Source: Candidatus Dojkabacteria bacterium (GTDB taxonomy: Bacteria > Patescibacteriota > Dojkabacteria > SC72). From it: a stretch of 41,480 nt of DNA. Position 1 is the first letter of the stretch, and every line of letters begins with the position of its first letter. The stretch spans positions 1 through 41,480 of the forward strand of contig JBAYNT010000001.1 in the NCBI GenBank assembly GCA_041678645.1, read 5' to 3'. A model generated the notes under the pieces. That model searched no databases. It saw only the letters and a program-made list of their open reading frames with translations, and was not told the origin of the DNA. A program made the translations under genes and the position numbers. Below, one piece after another: positions 6,251-14,185 of the stretch.

Positions 6251-7393
6251 ATGGGAAGAAATTACAGACGAACAAGATATGGAGGCAAGAAAATTGCCAG
6301 AGATAAGTATATATCAAAAGCACAAGATGGTTATGAAGCACCCTCTGTTTATGTTGAAGAAAAATCATACAATGATTACGATATAATAGCTACACTCAAA
6401 AAGAATGTAGAAAGAAAGGGATATATACATCCAACTAAGATTCAAGACCAAGCTATACCATACGTACTAGATGGCAAAGACCTTCTAGGGCTAGCCAGTA
6501 CAGGCTCTGGTAAGACAGATGCATTTCTGATACCAATACTGAATAAGATCTCTAAGGATAGATCTCAGAAGTGCTTGATAATTGTACCAACAAGAGAATT
6601 GGCTTCTCAAATCCAAGACGAATTTAGGGAGCTCTCAAAAGATACAAATCTTTACGCAGCACTACTCATAGGAGGGGAAAGTGTAAGAAAACAAATAGAT
6701 AGTTTGAGAAGAAACCCACAGTTTGTTATTGGTACTCCTGGAAGGCTCAAAGATCTTTATCAAAGGCGTATATTAAAATTGGAACAATTTAATAACCTCA
6801 TCTTAGATGAAGTAGATAGAATGCTAGATATGGGTTTTATACCAGACATCACATTCCTAGTATCCAAACTTAAACAAGAAAAACAGGCTCTCTTCTTCTC
6901 AGCTACCATGTCAGATGCTGCAGAAAAAATAGCTAATAGTATCTTAAGAAATCCAGTAAGAGTACAGGTTGAGAAGGAGTCTCCTCTGAAGAATATTGAC
7001 CAGGATATTGTGAAGTATCAGAGTAACCAACAGAAGTTTTCAATATTAACAGATTTACTTATCAAAGATAGCTTCGAGAAGGTGTTGATATTTTCTAGGA
7101 CAAAAAGAGGAGCAGATAGTCTAACAAAAGCATTAAGGGAAGATGGTTTTAGAGCTGATGCTATACATGGAAACAAATCACAAAACAACCGGTCTAGAGC
7201 ACTTGATAGTTTCAAGAGGAACAATCTGGACATATTAGTTGCTACAGATGTGGCTTCTAGAGGTTTAGATATACCAAATGTAAGTCATGTCATTAACTAC
7301 GATGAGCCAGAAGACTTTAAAACATATATTCATAGGATAGGGAGAACAGGAAGAATAGGGAAGAAAGGGAATGCTCTAACGTTTGTTAATTAA
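6251..7393 (+). CDS. DEAD-box ATP-dependent RNA helicase (motif II is DEVD)
   Basis: 380 aa. It has the Q motif (GYIHPTKIQ), motif I ASTGSGKTDAF, motif Ia PTRELA, motif II DEVD, motif III SAT and motif VI HRIGRTGR. Confidence 0.95.
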   Translation: MGRNYRRTRYGGKKIARDKYISKAQDGYEAPSVYVEEKSYNDYDIIATLKKNVERKGYIHPTKIQDQAIPYVLDGKDLLGLASTGSGKTDAFLIPILNKISKDRSQKCLIIVPTRELASQIQDEFRELSKDTNLYAALLIGGESVRKQIDSLRRNPQFVIGTPGRLKDLYQRRILKLEQFNNLILDEVDRMLDMGFIPDITFLVSKLKQEKQALFFSATMSDAAEKIANSILRNPVRVQVEKESPLKNIDQDIVKYQSNQQKFSILTDLLIKDSFEKVLIFSRTKRGADSLTKALREDGFRADAIHGNKSQNNRSRALDSFKRNNLDILVATDVASRGLDIPNVSHVINYDEPEDFKTYIHRIGRTGRIGKKGNALTFVN

Positions 7394-7399
7394 TCCCTT

Positions 7400-8689
7400 T
7401 TACTCATACCTTAAAGCCTTAACAGGATCTAACTTTGATGCTTTATATGCAGGATATAAACCAGCTAATATACCAACAAATATACTGCTAAGGGCAATAT
7501 ATATTGCATAGTCAAACCTAAAATTGAAGAAATTCCCTACATCAAAACCCTCATTAACTAATAAATCAACTATAAAAGGATCAGACAATCTCATCAAAGC
7601 ATACGTTATAGATAAACCAAGTACTCCACCAATTAAACCAATCAATGCAGATTGTATTAGAAATATTACTAAAACCTGAAAATTAGAGGCTCCAATAGCT
7701 TTAATAATACCAATCTCATTGGTCTGTTCATATATACTCATAATCATTGTATTGACTATACCAACAGAAGCAACAAGAGCAGAGATAGATCCAAAAAGTA
7801 TTAACGCTATAGTTAAACCTCCCGTTATAGTTGACACGAACGCCATTAATGTCTCTGTGGACATTACAGAGAACCCTAATTCCTCTACTATGAAGTCTTC
7901 AATCTTTGTGGTCCTATCTATATCTGTAGAAAGTAGTAGTTGAGAGTATCCTACACTATTAATATATTCCTCCTTATCTGCATATCCACCCAGGTCTACA
8001 ACTATATCTAATCCCTTTTCCAAACTAATGAATAATGCGTTGTTACCGGAATCTGTGACTCCTACCACTGTAAGTTCATACTCCTTATCTATATTACTTT
8101 TGGAGGGTGCAGAGAATACTGAGGGGGGAGAGCTTTTAAGGACAATCTTCTTTCCCAATATTTCCTCATTACTAAGCTCGTAAAACTGAGATACAAAATC
8201 ACTAACATATACCTCACTACCTTCTAGAGTTAAATCATCACCTTCTAATAATCCCCCAATTAAAGAATGATCGCCTGGGATGTTAGAAGCCATAGGGAAC
8301 CCCCTAGGATACGCCACTTCATCTTCTTCTAGATACATTTCTAAACCACTAATTCTTAACATACTATATACTCTTTCAACGCCATCAATACCCTCTATAT
8401 TCTCTACTGCTTCAGAGTTTAATATGACTTCTTCCCGCTCTACATCCTGCTTAGAGGGTGCTGAGAGCGCACCTCCCATAAGACTTATCATATCTGTAGT
8501 TCCTACTGTCAATTCGTTAGGTTTAAACTGTTGCGTAAACTGTCCAACTATTAACGATTCTAAATCAGACATACCAAAGAGTATGAAAGACATTAACATA
8601 ACGGCAATTAATATACCTAAACTGGTAAGGAATGTCCTTAACTTTCTTCTAAATACCAAATCTAATGCATATTTAAACATTTTTACCAT
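7400..8689 (-). CDS. ABC transporter permease, FtsX/MacB-like
   Basis: 429 aa with an N-terminal transmembrane helix, a large extracytoplasmic domain and a C-terminal FtsX-type 3-TM bundle (IGIIKAIGASNFQV...). It overlaps the upstream ATPase gene by 17 nt. Confidence 0.85.
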   Translation of the reverse strand: MVKMFKYALDLVFRRKLRTFLTSLGILIAVMLMSFILFGMSDLESLIVGQFTQQFKPNELTVGTTDMISLMGGALSAPSKQDVEREEVILNSEAVENIEGIDGVERVYSMLRISGLEMYLEEDEVAYPRGFPMASNIPGDHSLIGGLLEGDDLTLEGSEVYVSDFVSQFYELSNEEILGKKIVLKSSPPSVFSAPSKSNIDKEYELTVVGVTDSGNNALFISLEKGLDIVVDLGGYADKEEYINSVGYSQLLLSTDIDRTTKIEDFIVEELGFSVMSTETLMAFVSTITGGLTIALILFGSISALVASVGIVNTMIMSIYEQTNEIGIIKAIGASNFQVLVIFLIQSALIGLIGGVLGLSITYALMRLSDPFIVDLLVNEGFDVGNFFNFRFDYAIYIALSSIFVGILAGLYPAYKASKLDPVKALRYE

Positions 8690-9344
8690 CTTTCAAAGTT
8701 ATTTTCCTTTCTGTTCTATCTGCTATCGCCATATCATGTGTGACTACAATCATTGTCGTCCCTTCCTTCTCATTTAATTTTACAAGAAGATCTAATATCT
8801 GTTCACCAGTTTTACTATCCAAATTCCCAGTTGGCTCATCTGCTAACACTATCTTAGGCTTATCTATTAACGCTCTTGCAATTGCGACCCTTTGTGCCTG
8901 TCCTCCTGATAGCTCTTTGGGCATATGCTTCCTCCTATCTTTTAAATCAACTTCATCTAATAACTGCTCTAATCTCTTCTCAGCTTCTTTTGAGGACATC
9001 TTTTTACCAAACTTCAATGGTAGTAAAATATTTTCTTCTACATTTAGGGTAGGGATAAGGTAGTAGGTTTGGAAAATGGTCCCAATAATATATCTACGAT
9101 AGTAGTTTTGGTCATATTCCCTAATATCTTTACCATCTACGATAATGTCTCCTTCATATTCCCAATCTAGTCCTCCCAATATGTTAAGTAGAGTAGATTT
9201 CCCAGAACCAGAGCTTCCTACAATAGATATCATCTCACCTTTCTCAAGATTGATACTTACACCTCTTAGTGCCTCTACAGAAACCTTACTACTAGGTTTA
9301 TATATTCTTGTTAGGTTATTTATTTCAATATATGAGTCACTCAT
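8673..9344 (-). CDS. ABC transporter ATP-binding protein (MacB/LolD/FtsE-like)
   Basis: 223 aa. It has Walker A GSSGSGKST, signature LSGGQAQR, Walker B VLADEPTGNLD and an H-loop THD. Confidence 0.95.
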   Translation of the reverse strand: MSDSYIEINNLTRIYKPSSKVSVEALRGVSINLEKGEMISIVGSSGSGKSTLLNILGGLDWEYEGDIIVDGKDIREYDQNYYRRYIIGTIFQTYYLIPTLNVEENILLPLKFGKKMSSKEAEKRLEQLLDEVDLKDRRKHMPKELSGGQAQRVAIARALIDKPKIVLADEPTGNLDSKTGEQILDLLVKLNEKEGTTMIVVTHDMAIADRTERKITLKDGKNV

Positions 9345-9376
9345 AATGAATTCTAGTATAACACAAATTAAGATTT

Positions 9377-10549
9377 CTAATCTTTAGCGTAGTCATCAAA
9401 ATATCCCTGAATATGTACAACGGGAGTACCTTTATCACCACTTCCACTTGTTAGATCACAAAGACTACCTAACAGATCTGTAAGCTGTCTTGGTGTAGTA
9501 CCCAAAGATTTCTCAACAGCATATTCTGCATCGTTTTTACTCTTTATCTCCTCTTTCACATGTTCGTCTAAGTCACCTTTGTTATCCCAGTTCTCTGAAA
9601 TATACTTTAACTTTATCTCCTTTGGCGTTCCTACAAGGGCATCTGTAAATCCAGGACAAACAACAGGATCTGCTAGCTCCCATATTTTACCAACAGGGTC
9701 TTTAAAAGCCCCATCACCATATACAAGGACCTCTATTTCAGCACCTGTTAACTCTTTCATCTTATCTTTAACATCATTGCTAAATTTGTCACAATCTCTA
9801 GGGAAGAGTTTGAGTAAATCATCTTTAACCTTATTAGAGCCCAGTAAGCCATACTCCAAATTATATCCATGCTCATCTGTCTCCTTATTACATATCTCGT
9901 CCAAACCCATTATTAATTTAGCACCATTTCCCTCTAATATTCTCTTTGTTCTAAATCTTGTATGGACATCAGCAACAATAACGTTTTTGGTATATTTCAA
10001 AATACTCTGAGGGTTATTTGATAGATGTATCTGCACATTACCGTTTCCCAAACTTTTGTAATATTTCATATAATCAACACCTGTAAATCTATGAGTCAGT
10101 TTTTCTCCAAATATTTTCCTAAACTCATCCTCTTCAAAAGAATCCTTGTACATATCAACACCTTTCTCATCAATTAATTCATCACTTACTAAGTGATTTC
10201 CAACTTCATCGGAGGGATAGCTAAGCAAGACATGGACCTCCTTTGACGCTCTTGCAATGGCTTCAAGTATTAATGAGAATCTGTTTCTGCTCAGTATTGG
10301 GAATACAACACCTACATCTTTAGGAAAATTCTTTTTTATCTCTTTAACTAATTGATCCAGAGTAAGATAGTTGCCTTGAGTTATACCAACTACTGCCTCA
10401 GTTACACCAACTACATCTCTATCTTTAAATTGAAAACCTTCTGATTCTGATGCCTTTATTAAAGAATCTGTAACAACATCAACTAGATTATCGCCATGTT
10501 TGATGATAGGGGTTCTAATTCCTCGAACAACTGTACCAACTCTTCTCAT
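9377..10549 (-). CDS. CofE-like (F420-0:gamma-glutamyl ligase family) protein, unusually long
   Basis: 390 aa. The N-terminal pattern (GIRTPIIKHGDNL ... DRDVVGVTEAVVGITQGNYLTL) resembles the CofE-family fold. The call rests on motif resemblance only. Confidence 0.45.
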   Translation of the reverse strand: MRRVGTVVRGIRTPIIKHGDNLVDVVTDSLIKASESEGFQFKDRDVVGVTEAVVGITQGNYLTLDQLVKEIKKNFPKDVGVVFPILSRNRFSLILEAIARASKEVHVLLSYPSDEVGNHLVSDELIDEKGVDMYKDSFEEDEFRKIFGEKLTHRFTGVDYMKYYKSLGNGNVQIHLSNNPQSILKYTKNVIVADVHTRFRTKRILEGNGAKLIMGLDEICNKETDEHGYNLEYGLLGSNKVKDDLLKLFPRDCDKFSNDVKDKMKELTGAEIEVLVYGDGAFKDPVGKIWELADPVVCPGFTDALVGTPKEIKLKYISENWDNKGDLDEHVKEEIKSKNDAEYAVEKSLGTTPRQLTDLLGSLCDLTSGSGDKGTPVVHIQGYFDDYAKD

Positions 10550-10571
10550 GTTAGAGGTGATAAAAATTTAG

Positions 10572-10709
10572 TTACTTAATACTTCTAGCGAGCCAGGAGG
10601 GCAGTAATAAGGAAGTCTTTTTACACTTAGGATGATTTCTTATTAGTTCGTATGTAGCGAACATTCCAGCAGGACCAGCACCAACAACAATTACATCGTA
10701 TTTAGACAT
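10572..10709 (-). pseudogene. 45-codon stub of an FAD-dependent oxidoreductase (Rossmann dinucleotide-binding N-terminus only)
   Basis: Hand translation gives MSKYDVIVVGAGPAGMFATYELIRNHPKCKKTSLLLPSWLARSIK*. The GxGxxG motif is perfect, but the ORF stops after 45 aa and the next gene starts 22 nt downstream. This ORF is not in the supplied track. Confidence 0.5.
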
Positions 10710-10872
10710 GAGCGTGGGTTGTTATATTACACATCATTATTCCAGATGAGTTAGGGTTTGACAAGAGCAGATTTACTTTTGAACTACTAATAAGTGACAT
10801 ATGCGAGGCCCTATAGTATAATTAGGTCTTTTTGTTGGCACATTAAAAACACATAGCAGATGAAAGGAAACA

Positions 10873-11223
10873 ATGAGCAATAAACAGAATACATCGGAGT
10901 ATTTATTAAACATTGAAAAAGGAAGCCTCCTCTTAGACCTTTTTGAGGTTGCAGAGATATTAGAGTTAGAACCCAATCTTTCTGAGATAAAGAGTATTTT
11001 TTACACTTTATTGAACTTATACTTCGAAAGGGAGGAAAACCCATATGTCGATTGCGACAAAAATTGGCAAGGACGCTGTATTAAACAGCTCGATAAGCTC
11101 CTAAAAATAATGAGACCAAAGGGTATAGTTGGCTTCTACTTCTGTGGTATATGTCATGGGAAAAAAGAAGGAAAAGTTTACTTTTTCCCAAAGAAATTTA
11201 AGATGTTCTTTAAAAAGATTTAG
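10873..11223 (+). CDS. hypothetical protein with a Cys cluster
   Basis: 116-aa ORF preceded by GTGACA-17 nt-TATAAT (-10 at 10817-10822) and an AAAGGAAA SD-like element. It contains C-x9-C ... C-x2-C and a basic C-terminus. No family was recognised. Confidence 0.45.
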   Translation: MSNKQNTSEYLLNIEKGSLLLDLFEVAEILELEPNLSEIKSIFYTLLNLYFEREENPYVDCDKNWQGRCIKQLDKLLKIMRPKGIVGFYFCGICHGKKEGKVYFFPKKFKMFFKKI

Positions 11224-11267
11224 TCGCCCTCATGAACCCAAACCAACAAAAAGGCTAGGCCTCCATA

Positions 11268-13013
11268 ATGATTTTTATCAAATTTATGGGGGCCTATCGA
11301 ATTCTTCCTCCTATTGAATATTACCCTGAGATATCAGACAATATACATATGAAAAAGGGTCTAAAAATAACAGTAATGGTAGCCTCCATGCTTTTTGCTT
11401 CTATTCTGTTAATAACTCTATCCTCCTTATACATTTTTCTTCAATTTAAAAAACCATACACATACGATGGAAAAGGATTAGGGTTTCCTGTACATGAACA
11501 GTTATTTACTCCTGTACATAAATCTCTGGATATCTTACCTTCAAATTTCTCAGATATTCTAGATAACTACAAACCTGATATCTCAAATGAAGATGTCTCA
11601 AAGCTATTGAATAATGGGTATCTTGTTTTGGGTGCTGAATCAATAGAAGTAGATAGTGACACTCCATTCCTTTTAAATACTGAAAACATCACTGAGTATT
11701 ACAACAATTCTATTTCTTTAGCAGATAAAGAAATTCAAAGGAATATACAGAAAAGACTCGATGCCATTTATTCGCAATTGAAAATATATGTTTTCCCAAT
11801 ATACCTATACTCAACAGAGCAAGAGAGAGGATTTCTGCGGGATGTATATCGACAGAATTTAGAATTTGAAAATCTTACTGCTGATGAAAAAGGAATGCTT
11901 TTTAGACTCGCAAGAATTAACAGTAAAGATAAGCAGCTTTTTAAACTTCTTTCACTTCAAGAAGGCCTTAGAGCAGAAGAAGGGATAAAGGGAAAGGATT
12001 CTTCTACAGTAACAAATCCAATATACTTAGAGCCAAATCAGAAGTATTACATTTCTCTAATGAAAAATATTGCGGAGAGGAGAACTATTCTGCAAGAAGC
12101 CAAAATCTACAACAATGAATACGAAGGAATTATTGATGATATTACAAAGATAGTGAGGGAAGACAGTACTGTTTATTCTAAGATATTTGATTTTAACAAG
12201 GGAAATCTTCTTCTCTATTCATTACCCGAGGGGATAGTTACTTTGTCATCACTTTCTTCAATAGGTAATTATGATACCAATATTAATAATGACAATTTCG
12301 GTAAAGAGTACGATATAGCTCAGAGTCCTCAACAGAAAGGCACAGTAAGAATACCCGTTCTTATGTATCATCAAATAAATGAAGCTCCAGAAAACACATC
12401 AGAGTTTGTAAGAAAGCTATATACCTCTGCATTTGATTTTGAAAGACAGATTGCATACTTAACTAAGAAGAATTACAAAACTTTAGATAGTCAGGAGTAT
12501 CTGGACATACTTGAGAGTGGTGAGAATCCATCACAAAAAAGCGTTCTAATTACTTTTGATGATGGAGTTGCAAGTCACTACTTAAGTGCATACCCAATAT
12601 TGAAAAAATATGGACAGAAGGGTGTATTCTTCGTTATAGCAAATTACTCTTTTATATCAGATGCACAACTTAAAGAAATGTCTGATAATGGTATGGATAT
12701 ACAGTCACATACAAAAAGTCATCCTAATTTAGTTGCCCTTAGGAATTTAAATCAATTGCAGAGTGAGATAGGGGGTAGTAAGAGCTTGCTCGAGACAAAA
12801 ACAGGGAAACCAGTTATATCTATAGCGTATCCTGGCTGTGTTGCAGATCAGAAGACTTTTAGTTCTGTAAGTAGCAATGGCTACAGTTTAGGTTTTTCCT
12901 GTGGAAAGAGTATAGATCATAGATATACCAATAGGCTGTCTCTTTCTAGATTACATGCACCTAAGGCAGTAGAAGATTTACAGAAAATACTGTCTGGAAT
13001 TTATCCATATTAA
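11268..13013 (+). CDS. membrane-anchored polysaccharide deacetylase (NodB homology domain at the C-terminus)
   Basis: 581 aa. The C-terminal part has VLITFDDGVASHY ... FFV ... QSHTKSHPNL ... AYPGC, which are NodB motifs. The protein has an N-terminal transmembrane helix and about 330 aa of unassigned domain. The true start may be the internal ATG at 11349 (MKKGLKITVMV...). Confidence 0.8.
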   Translation: MIFIKFMGAYRILPPIEYYPEISDNIHMKKGLKITVMVASMLFASILLITLSSLYIFLQFKKPYTYDGKGLGFPVHEQLFTPVHKSLDILPSNFSDILDNYKPDISNEDVSKLLNNGYLVLGAESIEVDSDTPFLLNTENITEYYNNSISLADKEIQRNIQKRLDAIYSQLKIYVFPIYLYSTEQERGFLRDVYRQNLEFENLTADEKGMLFRLARINSKDKQLFKLLSLQEGLRAEEGIKGKDSSTVTNPIYLEPNQKYYISLMKNIAERRTILQEAKIYNNEYEGIIDDITKIVREDSTVYSKIFDFNKGNLLLYSLPEGIVTLSSLSSIGNYDTNINNDNFGKEYDIAQSPQQKGTVRIPVLMYHQINEAPENTSEFVRKLYTSAFDFERQIAYLTKKNYKTLDSQEYLDILESGENPSQKSVLITFDDGVASHYLSAYPILKKYGQKGVFFVIANYSFISDAQLKEMSDNGMDIQSHTKSHPNLVALRNLNQLQSEIGGSKSLLETKTGKPVISIAYPGCVADQKTFSSVSSNGYSLGFSCGKSIDHRYTNRLSLSRLHAPKAVEDLQKILSGIYPY

Positions 13014-13018
13014 ATTTT

Positions 13019-13780
13019 TTAATATACCTCTTCTTGAGTCTCTTTTTCTAACTCACCTGTATGGATATCGTAGAGATATGTATTAATAATTTTCCCTATA
13101 CCGTATTCACCTTTATCCGTTTTGCTTCTCTCTTCAACTTGCCATACAAAGCCGTAATCAGCAACCGTTGTAAGATACATATTTATATAGCTCTTTTCGC
13201 TTAATCCTTTTCCTAGAGCATCTGAATAGATTACAGTAGAGTCAACAATGTTTTTTAGATCAGTAGGATAATCGATGCTATCGTAAACGAGATTTCCATT
13301 CTCCCCTATATCTACAGGCTCTGTACTATCATTTATCTCCCCTCCTAAATATACAAATATTCTTGTCTGCTTTTTTGCTTTTGAATAGTAAGTACACATC
13401 CATCTGTAATATTTGCCATCTTCATAACCAATATACTCATATGTAATATCCTCAAACTCAACAGTAGATGGCAGTCCTGTACAGTTGTAGAGTACAGAGT
13501 CATCAGACCAAACTTTTGCTGATGCATACGTTGCATCTATAGCTTCTGAGCTAGATCTTTCATCGTACTCAGGCATCGGGGACACACCTTTCTGTGCCGA
13601 AATGAAAATATTTAGAGCTTCCTCAAACTCATCGTCTCTTTCTGTTACTTCTTGTTCATTTTTTAGGAAATCTAGACTACCATCAAATACAAAGAAGTAC
13701 AGGGCTAAGGCAGTACCTAGTATAATGAAAGCAGCTATGATAATGGATAATGCTTTTTTGTTTTTTTTGAAGAACTCCAT
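13019..13780 (-). CDS. membrane-anchored hypothetical protein
   Basis: 253 aa with an N-terminal transmembrane helix (ALSIIIAAFIILGTALALYFFVF) and an acidic extracytoplasmic domain. No family was recognised. Confidence 0.6.
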   Translation of the reverse strand: MEFFKKNKKALSIIIAAFIILGTALALYFFVFDGSLDFLKNEQEVTERDDEFEEALNIFISAQKGVSPMPEYDERSSSEAIDATYASAKVWSDDSVLYNCTGLPSTVEFEDITYEYIGYEDGKYYRWMCTYYSKAKKQTRIFVYLGGEINDSTEPVDIGENGNLVYDSIDYPTDLKNIVDSTVIYSDALGKGLSEKSYINMYLTTVADYGFVWQVEERSKTDKGEYGIGKIINTYLYDIHTGELEKETQEEVY

Positions 13781-13822
13781 ATAAAAATCTCGTAAATTTA
13801 TTTATATAGTATAATTTAATAT

Positions 13823-14185
13823 ATGCAGTATAACAAGTTAACAGAGGGTGAAAAAGATGTGATTTTAAATAAGGCTACGGAATCTCCGTACTCTGGTAAA
13901 TATAATGATTTCTATAAAAAAGGTATATATGTATGTAAACAGTGTAACCAACCTCTATTTACTTCAGATGCGAAGTTTAAATCAGGGTGTGGATGGCCTT
14001 CATTTGATGATACATTTGATGGTGCAGTAGAGAGGCTACTAGATTCTGATGGTATTAGAACAGAGATAGTTTGTTCTAATTGCAAGGCTCACCTTGGGCA
14101 TGTTTTTGAGGGAGAAGGGTTTACAGATAAGGATACAAGGCATTGTGTAAATTCATTGAGTATACACTTTAGAGATGGCCTTTAA
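13823..14185 (+). CDS. msrB: peptide-methionine (R)-S-oxide reductase
   Basis: 120 aa. It has two CxxC zinc pairs (CKQCNQ, CSNCKAHLGHVF), GCGWPSF and the catalytic RHCVNS motif. Confidence 0.95.
   Translation: MQYNKLTEGEKDVILNKATESPYSGKYNDFYKKGIYVCKQCNQPLFTSDAKFKSGCGWPSFDDTFDGAVERLLDSDGIRTEIVCSNCKAHLGHVFEGEGFTDKDTRHCVNSLSIHFRDGL

Noticed and set aside
6069-6368. 99-aa minus-strand ORF across the RRM/helicase intergenic region
   Set aside because: It overlaps the helicase start and both promoter candidates. It has no motifs and is a probable artefact of a stop-poor AT-rich stretch.
8280-8777. Long antisense ORFs inside well-supported genes: 8280-8777, 8740-9063, 9579-10010, 21570-22058, 33263-33703, 29877-30224, 30421-30741, 31147-31452 and 39168-39509
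   Set aside because: Each lies entirely or largely within a gene with clear family motifs on the other strand. Their translations are Ser/Leu/Ile-rich and low in complexity, as expected for antisense frames of AT-rich coding DNA.
10773-11044. Two minus-strand ORFs (67 and 77 aa) opposite the 116-aa hypothetical gene
   Set aside because: They overlap each other and the plus-strand ORF, which has the better promoter and SD context. None has recognisable motifs, and the plus-strand call itself is only moderate confidence.
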